Source: an uncultured Gemmatimonadales bacterium (GTDB taxonomy: Bacteria; Gemmatimonadota; Gemmatimonadetes; Longimicrobiales; RSA9). From it: a stretch of DNA of 64,000 bases. The stretch is taken from positions 32,001 through 96,000 of the forward strand of contig CAWCUS010000002.1 in assembly GCA_963798845.1 (NCBI GenBank). Direction: 5' to 3'. Positions 38,058-48,314 of the stretch are shown here, piece by piece (within the stretch, counting starts at the first letter, position 1; every line of letters begins with the position of its first letter). Below the pieces are notes generated by a model. It was not told the DNA's origin, did no database searches, and worked only from the letters and a program-made list of their open reading frames with translations. The position numbers and the translations under genes are program-made.

Positions 38058-38903
38058 ATGCTCCTGTCCCCGATCCTCGGATCGGCCGCGATCGTGGGAG
38101 GCGTGGGCCTCACATTCGGGACGCTGATCGCGCTGGCGAACCGCAAGCTGAAGGTATGGGAAGACCCGCGCATCGACGATGTGGAGGGGCTGCTCCCGGG
38201 ATCGAACTGCGGCGCGTGCGGGCAGGCGGGGTGCCGGGCGTTCGCCCAGGCCGTGATCAGCGGCGAGATCACGCCGGCGCAGTGCACGGTGATGGGCGAG
38301 GACCAGCGCCAGGATGTGGCCGCGTACCTCGGAGTGGACGCTGGACAGGCGGACAAGCGGGTGGCCCGCCTGCTGTGCGCGGGGGGAAGCGACGTGGCCG
38401 CGCGGCGCGCTGAGTACTACGGCGTCGAGAGCTGCGCCGCCGCGGTGGCCGTGGGCGGCGGTGGGAAGGGGTGCACGTGGGGTTGCGTCGGCCTGTCCGA
38501 CTGCGCCGTCGCGTGCGACTTCGACGCCATCGTCATGAACGAGCACGGTCTGCCGGTGGTCGACGTGGAGCTGTGCACCGCCTGCGGCGACTGCGTGGAC
38601 GCGTGCCCGCTCGGGCTGTTCACCATCCTCCCGCTCGACAACCACCTGCTGGTGCAGTGCAAGAGCCTGCTCGAAGGGGATGCCGCCACCGAGGTCTGTT
38701 CCGTGGCGTGCAATGCGTGCGGCCGGTGCGCGGCCGACGCCCCCGCCGGCCTGATCGCAATGAAGAACGGGCTGGCCGTGATCGATCACGGCAAAGCCGA
38801 GCTGGAAACGAAGAACGCCACCGCCCGGTGTCCCACCGGCGCGATCGTGTGGGTCGAGGGCGCGCAGTTCCGCGAGCCCATTGTCGCAGGGAGTATCCGA
38901 TGA
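38058..38903 (+). CDS. rnfB: Rnf complex subunit B
   Basis: N-terminal TM, LPGSNCGACGQAGC, several CxxCxxC...CP ferredoxin motifs. Confidence 0.92.
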   Translation: MLLSPILGSAAIVGGVGLTFGTLIALANRKLKVWEDPRIDDVEGLLPGSNCGACGQAGCRAFAQAVISGEITPAQCTVMGEDQRQDVAAYLGVDAGQADKRVARLLCAGGSDVAARRAEYYGVESCAAAVAVGGGGKGCTWGCVGLSDCAVACDFDAIVMNEHGLPVVDVELCTACGDCVDACPLGLFTILPLDNHLLVQCKSLLEGDAATEVCSVACNACGRCAADAPAGLIAMKNGLAVIDHGKAELETKNATARCPTGAIVWVEGAQFREPIVAGSIR

Positions 38904-41900
38904 AGATCCCGTTCAGCAAGAAGCCGGCGACTGCCGACGAGCCCCGTTTCCCAGGGGTCCCCGAGGCCATCGACGGCAGCACCGCCATCGTCCAGATGGA
39001 GACCGCGGGCAGCGAGGCCGCCGGCGCCTACCCGATCACCCCGTCCACGCAGATGGGCGAGGGCTGGGCGCTGGCCGTGTCCCAGGGGGCGACGAACGTG
39101 AACGGCCGCCGGCTGCTCTTCTTCGAGCCCGAGGGCGAGCACGCGGCGGCCGGCGTGACCGCCGGCATGAGCATGGTCGGCCTGCGCGCCACCAACTTCT
39201 CCAGCGGCCAGGGCATCGCGTACATGCACGAGAGCCTGTACGCCGCCGCCGGGAAGCGGCTCACGTACGTGCTGAACGTGGCCGCGCGCGCCATGACGAA
39301 GCATGCGCTGAACGTGCACGCCGGCCACGACGACTACCACGCCGTGGACGACACGGGATTCTTCCAGCTCTTCGCCAAGGACGTGCAGAGCGCGGCGGAC
39401 CTGAACCTGATCGCCCACCGGATCGCGGAGCTGTCGCTCAACCCGGGGCTGGTGGCGCAGGACGGATTCCTGACCAGCCACGTCATCGAGACCATCCGGC
39501 TCCCGGAGCGGGAGCTGGTGCGGGAGTACCTGGGCGACCCGTCGGACATCATCGAGTCGCCCACGCCCGCGCAGCGCATGGTCTTCGGCGAGATGCGGCG
39601 GCGCATCCCGGAGCTGTTCGACGTCGACTACCCGGCCATGCTCGGCACGGTGCAGAACCAGGACAGCTACGCACAGGGCGTGGCCGCACAGCGCCCGTTC
39701 TACTTCGACCACGTGCGCGCGCTCGCTGACCGGGCCATGTCCGAGTTCGCCGAGCTCAGCGGACGCCGTTACGCTCCCGTGCTCGGCTACCGTCTGGAGG
39801 ACGCGGACTACGTCCTCGTGGGCCAGGGCTCGGTGATCCCCAACGCCGAGGCGGTCGCCGACTACCTGCGCGAGAAGCGCGGGCTGAAGGTCGGCGTGCT
39901 GGACATGGTCATGTTCCGGCCGTTCCCTTCCGACCTGGTGGCCCGGGCGCTGGCGGGGAAGAAGGCCGTGGCCGTGCTGGAGCGCGTCGACCAGCCTCTC
40001 GCCGTGGACGCGCCGCTGCTGCGGGAGATCCGCGCGGCCATGTCGAAGGCGGTGGAGAACGGCCGCGTCGCCCGGGCGGGGAAGCCGGTGCCGCCGCGCT
40101 ACCCGCTGCCGGAGAACCTGACGGTGAAGCTGCCCCACGAGGGACTGCCGGCGCTGGCCGCAGACCAGGTGCCGGACTTCTACAGCGGCGGTTTCGGCTT
40201 TGGCAGCCGGGACCTCCAGGCCGGCGACCTGGTGGCCGCGGTCGAGAACATGACCGAGGGTGGCTCCGGACGCCGCCAGTACTACCTGGGGATCGAGTTC
40301 GTGCGCAAGAGCACGCGCCTGCCGAAGCTGGAGATCTGGCAGCAGCAGCTGATCGAGGCTTACCCGAAGCTGCCGGAGCTGGCGCTGGAGCCGGTGAAGG
40401 CCGTGAACCTGCTCCCCGAAGGGTCGACCGCGCTGCGCATCCACTCGGTGGGCGGCTGGGGCGCCATCACCATGGGGAAGAACGTGGCGCTCACGGCGTT
40501 CGAGCTGGCGGGGCTGCACGTGAAGGCCAACCCGAAGTACGGCTCCGAGAAGAAGGGGCAGCCCACGACGTTCTACGCCACGCTCAGCCGCGAGCCGGTG
40601 AAGATCAATGCCGAGCTCAAGCACGTGGACGTGGTGCTCTCGCCGGACCCGAACGTGTTCCGGCATTCCAACCCTCTGGCCGGGCTGAGCAAGGGCGGGG
40701 TGTTCGTGATCCAGAGCGACCTCTCGCCGGAGGCGGCATGGGACAGTTTCCCATCGGACGCGAAACGCTACATCCGGTCGCAGGGGATCAAGGTCTACGC
40801 CATCGATGGCTTCAGCATCGCGGGCGAGGAAGCGAGCGACCCGGAGCTGCGCTACCGGATGCAGGGCGCGGCGTTCATGGGCGCGTTCTTCAAGGTCGCG
40901 CCGCTGGCCGAGCGCGAGGGGCTGGATGAGGCGACGCTCCTCGCCGGGATCCAGGACCAGATGAAGCGGAAGTTCGGCAAGCTGGGCGACCGCGTGGTGC
41001 AGGACAACGTGCGCGTGATCCGGCGCGGCTTCGACGAGGTGAAGGAAGTGGTGCCGCGCGCGGAGGAGGGGGAGCCGAACCAGGTGGCGCTCCCCGTCGC
41101 CGGGGTGCCGGAGATGCTGGACGTGCCGGTGGCGGAGATCGGGATCGGCAACCCGGGCCGCTTCTTCGAGCAGGTGTGCTCGCTCTACGGCGCGGGCGAG
41201 GAGCCGATCGCGGACCCGTACGCCGCCATGAGCGCGATCCCGGCCGCCACGAGCGTGATCCGGGACATGACCAACATCCGCTTCGAGGTGCCGGCCTTCA
41301 ACGCCGAGAAGTGCACCGGGTGCGCCCAGTGCTGGATTCAGTGCCCGGACTCCGCGATCCCGGGGCTCGTGAACACCGTGGAGGACCTGCTGGACACGGC
41401 CATCCGGACGGCTTCGAACGGGCGCTCGCTGGACCGGATCCGACAGGTGTCGAAGCACCTGTCGAAGGAAGCCCGGAAGGTCATCGAGGGCGTGCCATTC
41501 AACAACTTCGGCGACACGCTCAAGGCGGCGTACAGGAACCTGGTCCCGAAGCTGAACTGGGAACCGGAGCGGCGGCAGGAGCTGGACGACGATTTCGCCG
41601 CCGTCTACCCGATCCTCGCCCAGTTCCCGCTGGCGAAGACACAGCCGTTCTGGGACGTCCCGGAAGGCAAGGAGAAGGGGAGCGGCGGACTGCTCTCCAT
41701 CACCGTGAACCCGGAAGCGTGCAAGGGCTGCAACATCTGCGTGAACGTGTGCGCGGACGGCGCGCTGACCACCATCAAACAGGATGACGAGGTGGTGGAG
41801 GCGCTGCGGAGGAACTGGGCGTTCTGGAAGGAGCTGCCGGACACGGCCGATCGCTACATCAACGTGCGGGACCTGGAGGAGGGGATCGGCGTCCTGCCCA

Positions 41901-44032
41901 CGCTGCTGCTGAGAAAGGACACGTACCGCAGCATGGTCGGCGGCGACGGGGCGTGCATGGGGTGCGGCGAGAAGACCACGGTTCACCTGATCACGTCCAC
42001 GATCGAAGCGCTCATGCAGCCGCGCGTGGCGCGGTTCGTGGAGCACCTGGACGAGCTGATCGCCGGCCTGGACGCCAAGGCCAGGGACCTGCTATCCAGC
42101 GACGCGGACCTGGACCTGCTGGCGGTGGCCGACGGTGCGCGGGTGGATGTGCCGATGAGCGAGGCCAAGCACCAGGAGCTGGGCCACCTGGCCACGGCCA
42201 TCAAGGCGCTCAAGGACCTGAAGTGGCGCTACGAAGAGGGGCCGAGCGGCCGCGGCCGCGCCGCCGCGGGGATCAGCAACTCCACCGGCTGCTCCAGCGT
42301 GTGGGGGAGCACGTACCCGTACAACCCCTACCCCTTCCCCTGGGTGAACCACCTGTTCCAGGACGCGCCGTCCATCGCGATCGGCATCTTCGAAGGACAC
42401 ATGCGGAAGATGGCCGACAATTTCGTGACCGTTCGGCGCGCCGAGAAGCTGCTGGCCGGGAGCTACATCCCGGAGCGCGACGAGCCGTTCTTCACGGACT
42501 TCGACTGGCGCCAGCTGAACGATGACGAGTTCAACCTGGTGCCGCCGATCCTGGCGATCGGCGGTGACGGCGCAATGCTCGATATCGGGTTCCAGAACCT
42601 CTCCCGTCTGCTGGCGAGCGGAAAGCCGATCCGGGTGGTGGTGCTGGACACCCAGGTGTACTCCAACACGGGCGGGCAGGCGAGCACCGGGACGTACACC
42701 GGCCAGTCCGCGGACATGAGCCCGTACGGGCGCGCGATCCACGGCAAGACCGAAGTGCGGAAGGAGCTCGCCTACATCGCGATGGCGCACCGTGGCGCGT
42801 TCGTCCACCAGACGTCCCAGGCTTCGGCCGCGCACATGATCGGCGGCGTGATCAAGGCGCTGAAGACCCGCCGGCCGGCCGTGATCAACGTCTACGCACC
42901 GTGCCCGGTGGAGCACGGGCTCCCCGACGAATGGGCGCCCACCGCGGCGAAGCTGGCGCTGGAGAGCCGCGCCTTCCCGTTCCTCACGTACGATCCGGAT
43001 GGGGGCCGGTCGATTTCCGAGTGCCTCAGCCTCGATGGGAACCCGTCGGTGACCGAGGTCTGGCCGACGTACGAGCTGAAGTACCTGGGCGCGGACGGAG
43101 CCGAGCAGACCGTGGAGCTCCCCGTGACCATCGCCGACTGGGCGGCCACGGAGACGCGCTTCAAGAAGCACTTCAAGCCAATGCCGGAGAGCGACTGGAA
43201 CGAGGACATGGTTCCCTTCCACGAGTTCGTGGCGCTGGATGCAGATGAGCGGGACGGAAAGACGCCCTTCATCCACACGGTGGGCGACGGCCGCACGCTC
43301 CAGCGGGTGCGGGTCTCGCACGAGATCGTGCAGCTGGCCGAGGAGCGGCTCCTCTTCTGGCACCAGCTCAAGGAGCTGGCCGGCCTCGAAGTGCCCGACT
43401 GGGTGCGCGACGAGATCGGCAGCGAAATGGAGGCGGAGCTGGAATCGAAGGTCGCCGCTGCCCGGCAGGAGTTCGAAGCCAAGCTCGAGGAGATCAGGGC
43501 CACGTACCCACGGATCGTCGCCCGCCGCCTGGCGGAGGGGCTGGTCCGGTCCGGGAACGGCGGCCGAACCGTGGCCGACCTGCTGCGCACGGCCGAAACG
43601 ACGCCCGGGCTCCAGCCGATCGGCGCGGACGTGGGTGGGCTGAGCCTGGGCTCGTCCCGCACCGCGGCAGCGAACGGCGGAGGCGTGGCCGTGGCGGACG
43701 CGCCCGCGGCGCAGGCCGCGGCCCCCGCGGCGGCCGTAGAGGCGCCCAGGTCCGCGACGGCCGTGGAGGAGGACGGCGACCTGGCGATGGAGCCGTTCAT
43801 CGAGACCGCCCGCTGCACGACCTGCAACGAGTGCACGAACCTCAACAACCGGCTGTTCAAGTACAACGACCAGAAGCAGGCGACGATCGCCGATCCGAAG
43901 GCCGGCACCTTCGCCGAGCTGGTCATGGCCGCCGAGCGCTGCCCGGCCGGGATCATCCACCCCGGGACCCCGCTCAACAAGAAAGAGAAGGACCTGCAGA
44001 AGTGGATGAAGCGGGCGGAGCCGTTCAACTGA
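38900..44032 (+). CDS. large single-chain pyruvate:ferredoxin oxidoreductase (NifJ/PFOR-like) with extra C-terminal ferredoxin domain
   Basis: ATG overlaps the rnfB stop; YPITPST, VAARA, CTGCAQCWIQCP, CKGCNICVNVC, GACMGCGE, TGCSSVWG, GGDG...YSNTGGQ, APC; tail CTTCNEC...ERCP; 1710 aa. Confidence 0.92.
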   Translation: MKIPFSKKPATADEPRFPGVPEAIDGSTAIVQMETAGSEAAGAYPITPSTQMGEGWALAVSQGATNVNGRRLLFFEPEGEHAAAGVTAGMSMVGLRATNFSSGQGIAYMHESLYAAAGKRLTYVLNVAARAMTKHALNVHAGHDDYHAVDDTGFFQLFAKDVQSAADLNLIAHRIAELSLNPGLVAQDGFLTSHVIETIRLPERELVREYLGDPSDIIESPTPAQRMVFGEMRRRIPELFDVDYPAMLGTVQNQDSYAQGVAAQRPFYFDHVRALADRAMSEFAELSGRRYAPVLGYRLEDADYVLVGQGSVIPNAEAVADYLREKRGLKVGVLDMVMFRPFPSDLVARALAGKKAVAVLERVDQPLAVDAPLLREIRAAMSKAVENGRVARAGKPVPPRYPLPENLTVKLPHEGLPALAADQVPDFYSGGFGFGSRDLQAGDLVAAVENMTEGGSGRRQYYLGIEFVRKSTRLPKLEIWQQQLIEAYPKLPELALEPVKAVNLLPEGSTALRIHSVGGWGAITMGKNVALTAFELAGLHVKANPKYGSEKKGQPTTFYATLSREPVKINAELKHVDVVLSPDPNVFRHSNPLAGLSKGGVFVIQSDLSPEAAWDSFPSDAKRYIRSQGIKVYAIDGFSIAGEEASDPELRYRMQGAAFMGAFFKVAPLAEREGLDEATLLAGIQDQMKRKFGKLGDRVVQDNVRVIRRGFDEVKEVVPRAEEGEPNQVALPVAGVPEMLDVPVAEIGIGNPGRFFEQVCSLYGAGEEPIADPYAAMSAIPAATSVIRDMTNIRFEVPAFNAEKCTGCAQCWIQCPDSAIPGLVNTVEDLLDTAIRTASNGRSLDRIRQVSKHLSKEARKVIEGVPFNNFGDTLKAAYRNLVPKLNWEPERRQELDDDFAAVYPILAQFPLAKTQPFWDVPEGKEKGSGGLLSITVNPEACKGCNICVNVCADGALTTIKQDDEVVEALRRNWAFWKELPDTADRYINVRDLEEGIGVLPTLLLRKDTYRSMVGGDGACMGCGEKTTVHLITSTIEALMQPRVARFVEHLDELIAGLDAKARDLLSSDADLDLLAVADGARVDVPMSEAKHQELGHLATAIKALKDLKWRYEEGPSGRGRAAAGISNSTGCSSVWGSTYPYNPYPFPWVNHLFQDAPSIAIGIFEGHMRKMADNFVTVRRAEKLLAGSYIPERDEPFFTDFDWRQLNDDEFNLVPPILAIGGDGAMLDIGFQNLSRLLASGKPIRVVVLDTQVYSNTGGQASTGTYTGQSADMSPYGRAIHGKTEVRKELAYIAMAHRGAFVHQTSQASAAHMIGGVIKALKTRRPAVINVYAPCPVEHGLPDEWAPTAAKLALESRAFPFLTYDPDGGRSISECLSLDGNPSVTEVWPTYELKYLGADGAEQTVELPVTIADWAATETRFKKHFKPMPESDWNEDMVPFHEFVALDADERDGKTPFIHTVGDGRTLQRVRVSHEIVQLAEERLLFWHQLKELAGLEVPDWVRDEIGSEMEAELESKVAAARQEFEAKLEEIRATYPRIVARRLAEGLVRSGNGGRTVADLLRTAETTPGLQPIGADVGGLSLGSSRTAAANGGGVAVADAPAAQAAAPAAAVEAPRSATAVEEDGDLAMEPFIETARCTTCNECTNLNNRLFKYNDQKQATIADPKAGTFAELVMAAERCPAGIIHPGTPLNKKEKDLQKWMKRAEPFN

Positions 44033-44036
44033 GGGA

Positions 44037-44131
44037 CGCAGGGGCGGCGCGACGCGCCGCCCCTGCGGGACGCGCCCCGGAGTGCGGCGCGCGGCGCGGC
44101 CTCGGCCGCGCAAGGTGGCGGCTAGGCCGCC
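44037..44131 (+). other. cluster of GC-rich hairpins between PFOR and rnfC
   Basis: Perfect 14-bp stem 44037-44067, further stems 44094-44111 and 44117-44131; no U tract. Confidence 0.6.
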
Positions 44132-44198
44132 GCGCCAGGTCAAGGGCAAGCGCACGTCGAGTCGTGCGACACGCGAGCGGTACCAACGCGAGTGACTG

Positions 44199-45749
44199 AT
44201 GTCAGCAGAAGCCTTACATGAGCCGACAGACGGAGGCCGAGCCGGAACGCGCCGCTCGCGCCGCCGCTCGCTCGCCGAGCTGTTGTTCGGGCCCAGCTTC
44301 CGGCACGGCGTTCACCCGCCCGGCTCGAAGGAGCAGACGGCGGACCTGCCGATCCGGCGCATGCCGTTCCCCGATGAAGTGGTGCTCCCGCTGCGCCAGC
44401 ACACGGGGAAGCCTTCGAAGCCGATCGTGAAGGTGGGCGACCACGTGGAGCGCGGCGACGTGGTGGCCGTGGCGGATGGCTATGTGTCCGTGCCCATGCA
44501 CGCGCCGGCGGCCGGAGTGGTCCGGTCCATCGGCTGGTGGCCGCACCCGGACGGCAGCATGGACGCTGCGATCCGCATCGAGGTGGACCGTTTCAACCCG
44601 CAGCTGCCGCGTCCGCGGCTGGTGCCCGAGTGGCAGGGGCTGACGGCCGACCAGGTGCGCAAGGCGGTGCAGGCCGCGGGCGTGGTGGGGCTGGGCGGCG
44701 CGGCGTTCCCGACGCACGTGAAGCTGAACCCGCCGGAGGAGTCGCCCGTCGAGCTGCTTCTGATCAACGGCGCGGAGTGCGAGCCGTACCTGACGAGCGA
44801 CCATCGGGTCATGGTGGAGTACCCGGAACGGGTGCACTTCGGCATCCGGGTGATGATGCAGTGCCTCGGCGTGGCGCGCGCGGTGGTCGGGGTCGAGAAC
44901 AACAAGCCCGACGCCATCGCCCGCCTGAAGGAGACCGTCCCGCCCGACCTCGACATACAGGTGATCGGCCTCACGGTGAAGTACCCGCAGGGCGCCGAGA
45001 AGATGCTGATCAAGGCGGTGACGGGCCGCGAGGTGCCGTCGGGCAAGCTGCCCATGCACGTCGGCGCGGTGGTCCAGAACGTAGGCTCCATCGCCGCGAT
45101 CGCGGAGGTGTTCGAGACGGGGTACCCGCTGATCGAGCGGATCGTCACCGTCACCGGACCCGGCGTCCGCACGCCGCGCAACCTGATCGTTCCCGTGGGC
45201 ACGAAGCTGCGCGACGTGCTCGAGTTCTGCGGCGGCCTCACCGATGACGCGACCGAGATCATCTTCGGTGGCCCGATGATGGGGATGCCGCAGGCGGACC
45301 TGGACGTGCCGATCGTCAAGGGGACGTCGGGGATCGTGGTCCTGACCGAGGCGGAGTCGGCGCGGCCGGCGCCCAACCCGTGCATCCACTGCGGCCGCTG
45401 CCTCGAGGCCTGCCCGGTCTTCCTGAACCCGCAGCAGCTCGGCCAGATGGCTCAGCGCGGGTTCTACGAGGAGATGGAGGCCGCGCACCTGATGGACTGC
45501 ATGCTGTGCGGCTCCTGCTCCTACGTCTGCCCCTCGAACATCCCGCTGTCGCAGATGTTCGCCCTGGGCAAGAGCGGACTGCGCCGGCTGAAGCAGCGCG
45601 AGAAGGAGAAGGAGGCGGAGAAGGAGGCGGAGAAGGCGAGGCAGGAGAGGGTGGACCAGGCGAGAGTCGAGGCCGCGGCGGCCGCGTCGTCGCCTTCCGG
45701 CGCCGCAGTCGGCGCGCGCGCGAAGGAGGGGGCGGAGGTGCACGCATGA
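44199..45749 (+). CDS. rnfC: Rnf complex subunit C
   Basis: GVVGLGGAAFPTHVK, NGAECEPYLTSD, KYPQGAEK, GGPMMG, CIHCGRC, CMLCGSCSYVCPS. Confidence 0.96.
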   Translation: MSAEALHEPTDGGRAGTRRSRRRSLAELLFGPSFRHGVHPPGSKEQTADLPIRRMPFPDEVVLPLRQHTGKPSKPIVKVGDHVERGDVVAVADGYVSVPMHAPAAGVVRSIGWWPHPDGSMDAAIRIEVDRFNPQLPRPRLVPEWQGLTADQVRKAVQAAGVVGLGGAAFPTHVKLNPPEESPVELLLINGAECEPYLTSDHRVMVEYPERVHFGIRVMMQCLGVARAVVGVENNKPDAIARLKETVPPDLDIQVIGLTVKYPQGAEKMLIKAVTGREVPSGKLPMHVGAVVQNVGSIAAIAEVFETGYPLIERIVTVTGPGVRTPRNLIVPVGTKLRDVLEFCGGLTDDATEIIFGGPMMGMPQADLDVPIVKGTSGIVVLTEAESARPAPNPCIHCGRCLEACPVFLNPQQLGQMAQRGFYEEMEAAHLMDCMLCGSCSYVCPSNIPLSQMFALGKSGLRRLKQREKEKEAEKEAEKARQERVDQARVEAAAAASSPSGAAVGARAKEGAEVHA

Positions 45750-46825
45750 GAGGGTGGCGCGGGACGGGATGGGAGCAGCGGAGTGGCGTGCCAGGCCCGG
45801 AGTCGCCGGAGTTGAGGCTCGTCGCCTCACCGCACCTGCACGGGCAGGATTCCACGGCCCGGATCATGTGGTCGGTGGTGGCCACGCTCGTGCCGGTGCT
45901 GGTAGCCGCCACGTTCTTCTTCGGCGTGAGCGCGCTCCTGGTGGTGGCGGCGAGCATGGTGGGCGCAATGGGCATCGAGCGGCTGCTCGGCCGTGGCGGC
46001 GCCCTGCGCGACGGCTCGGCGGCGATCACCGGACTGCTCCTGGGGCTCACGCTCCCGCCCGGGTTCCCGCTGTGGATGGCATTCGTGGGCGGCGCGTTCG
46101 GGATCGGGTTCGGGAAGCTGATCTTCGGCGGACTGGGGCAGAACATCTTCAATCCGGCGCTGCTCGGCAGGGCGTTCCTGCAGGCGGCGTTCCCCACCGC
46201 GATCACCACCTGGCCGGCCGTGCGGAGCGCGGCGGCCGCCGGCTCCTGGCTCCAGCTGCGCGGCGACCTCTTCGCCGCCCCGCTCATGACGGCAGGAAAG
46301 GTGGACGTGGTGACCGAGGCCACGCCTCTGGGGCTGATGAAGTTCCAGGGGCAGGGCACGGCGCTGTGGCACCTTCTGGTGGGCAACGTCGGAGGATCCA
46401 TTGGCGAGACGTCGGCGATCCTGATCCTGCTGGGCGGGGCGTACCTGGTGGCGCGCAACTACCTGAACTGGCGAATCCCGATCGGGATCTTCGCCACCGT
46501 CGGGGTGCTCTCCAGCGTCCTGCACGCCATCAACCCCGCCTACCCGGGACCGCTCTTCATGCTCTTCAGCGGCGGACTCATGCTCGGCGCGGTCTACATG
46601 GCCACGGACATGGTCACTTCGCCGGTGACGCACAGCGGGTCATGGATCTTCGCATTCGGGATCGGGCTGCTCGTCGTGGTCATCCGGGTCTGGGGCGGCC
46701 TGCCCGAAGGGGTGATGTACTCGATCCTCCTGATGAACGCGCTCGTGCCGTTCATCGAGCGCGCCACCCAGCCGCGGGTGTTCGGCACGGCCCGGAGCCG
46801 GGCCGGGAAGATGGGGGCGGCATGA
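45746..46825 (+). CDS. rnfD: Rnf complex subunit D
   Basis: SPH, FGGLGQNIFNPA, TEATPL FMN-Thr site, GSIGETS, MATDMVTSP; ATGA overlap. Confidence 0.95.
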   Translation: MRGWRGTGWEQRSGVPGPESPELRLVASPHLHGQDSTARIMWSVVATLVPVLVAATFFFGVSALLVVAASMVGAMGIERLLGRGGALRDGSAAITGLLLGLTLPPGFPLWMAFVGGAFGIGFGKLIFGGLGQNIFNPALLGRAFLQAAFPTAITTWPAVRSAAAAGSWLQLRGDLFAAPLMTAGKVDVVTEATPLGLMKFQGQGTALWHLLVGNVGGSIGETSAILILLGGAYLVARNYLNWRIPIGIFATVGVLSSVLHAINPAYPGPLFMLFSGGLMLGAVYMATDMVTSPVTHSGSWIFAFGIGLLVVVIRVWGGLPEGVMYSILLMNALVPFIERATQPRVFGTARSRAGKMGAA

Positions 46826-47628
46826 GCGACGAAGGGAAGCGGGAGCTGCCGGTGACCCCGGACCAGGCGTACCAAGCCGGGGGCGAGGCGGGTCCGGCAT
46901 TCGAGACGGACGCCGGACCTCACCCCTCGATGGACGAGGTCCCGTCGTGGCGCCTGGTGACCACGCTGGCCGTGGCGGGCGCCATGGCCGGACTGCTGAT
47001 CGTGGGCGTGTTCCAGTGGGCGGAGCCGCAGATCCTGGAGCACAAGGCGCAGGTGATGAGCGAAGCCATCGGCGAGGTGCTGGCCGAGCCGGACCACGTC
47101 CAGTCCCTGTACGTGGTGAACGATGCCCTCACACCGACCCCGCCCGCCGGCACGGACACGGTCACCGCGGAGAAGGTGTTCCTCGGCTACGACGCCCGCA
47201 ACCGGCCGGTCGGATTCGCGGTGCAGGGTGCGGAGCCCGGCTTCCAGGACGTGATCCAGCTCATCTTCGGCTACGACCCCGTGCACAAGCAGGTGCTCGG
47301 GCTGCGGGTGCTGGAGAGCAAGGAAACGCCGGGGCTCGGCGACAAGATCACCAAGGACCAGAAGTTCATCTCCGCTTTCGACAGGGTCACCGGGCCGATC
47401 CGGGGCGTGAAGGAGGGGGCGGGACAGGGGAGGGATGACGAGGTGGACATGATCACGGGCGCGACCATCTCGTCGCGAGCCGTCATCCGGATCATCAACG
47501 ACCGCCTCGAAGCGCTCGACCCTGTGCTCACCCGCTACATGGCGGAGAAGTACGGGGCCGCGAGTGCTCCGCTGGAGGGAAAGGCGCCGGCGCCGGCGTC
47601 GTCGGGTGTCGAGGGAGGTGAGCAGTGA
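46822..47628 (+). CDS. rnfG: Rnf complex subunit G (FMN-binding)
   Basis: Single TM, ETPGLG, DMITGATISS flavinylation motif; ATGA overlap. Confidence 0.93.
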   Translation: MSDEGKRELPVTPDQAYQAGGEAGPAFETDAGPHPSMDEVPSWRLVTTLAVAGAMAGLLIVGVFQWAEPQILEHKAQVMSEAIGEVLAEPDHVQSLYVVNDALTPTPPAGTDTVTAEKVFLGYDARNRPVGFAVQGAEPGFQDVIQLIFGYDPVHKQVLGLRVLESKETPGLGDKITKDQKFISAFDRVTGPIRGVKEGAGQGRDDEVDMITGATISSRAVIRIINDRLEALDPVLTRYMAEKYGAASAPLEGKAPAPASSGVEGGEQ

Positions 47629-48314
47629 GTCCCCGCCGGACCACGCCCACGCAGGACTTCCTGCGCGGGATCTGGAAGGAAAACCCGGTGCTGGTGCAGA
47701 TGCTCGGGCTCTGCCCGACGCTCGCCGTCACCAACACGGTGGCGAACGCCATCGCCATGGCCGCGGCCACGTTCTTCGTGCTTCTCGGCAGCAGCATCCT
47801 GGTCTCGCTGCTCAAGAACCTGATCCCGAACGAAGTGCGGATCAGCGCCTACATCCTGATCATCGCCACGTTCGTCACCATGGCGGACCTGACGCTGGCG
47901 GCGCTGGTCCCGGACATTCACAAGGAGCTGGGCGCGTTCATCGCCCTGATCGTGGTCAACTGCATCATCCTGGGGCGCCAGGAAGCTTTCTCTTCCAAGA
48001 ACACCGTGCGCCGCTCCATGCTCGACGCCGTGGGCACCGGTTTCGGGTTCACCATCGCGCTGCTGCTGATGGGGAGCTTCCGCGAGCTGCTCGGGAACGG
48101 GAGCATCCTGGGGGTGGCGGTGTTCGGACCGTCGTTCGAGCCGTGGGTGATCTTCGTGCTGCCTCCGGGCGGGTTCTTCACGCTCGGCTTCATCCTGCTC
48201 GCGTTCGGGTGGTGGGAGGAGAAGAAGGGGAAGGCGAAGCGGCCCGCTATCCGTGAGTGGCCGCACGGTGTGGCGTCGAGCACGGCGAGCGGGACCGGAA
48301 AGGTGGTGGCGTAA
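47625..48314 (+). CDS. rnfE: Rnf complex subunit E
   Basis: ENPVLVQMLGLCPTLAVT, LIVVNCIILGR, RELLG, LPPGGF. Confidence 0.95.
   Translation: MSPRRTTPTQDFLRGIWKENPVLVQMLGLCPTLAVTNTVANAIAMAAATFFVLLGSSILVSLLKNLIPNEVRISAYILIIATFVTMADLTLAALVPDIHKELGAFIALIVVNCIILGRQEAFSSKNTVRRSMLDAVGTGFGFTIALLLMGSFRELLGNGSILGVAVFGPSFEPWVIFVLPPGGFFTLGFILLAFGWWEEKKGKAKRPAIREWPHGVASSTASGTGKVVA

Noticed and set aside
38786..42046. Long antisense ORFs (also 5051..7243, 7740..9854, 9550..11421, 42092..44155)
   Set aside because: They mirror well-supported genes on the other strand, are Arg/Pro/Gly-rich without motifs, and are expected at this GC content.
45600..45640. 12-bp tandem repeat in rnfC
   Set aside because: In-frame coding of a charged EKEA helix; ordinary low-complexity tail.
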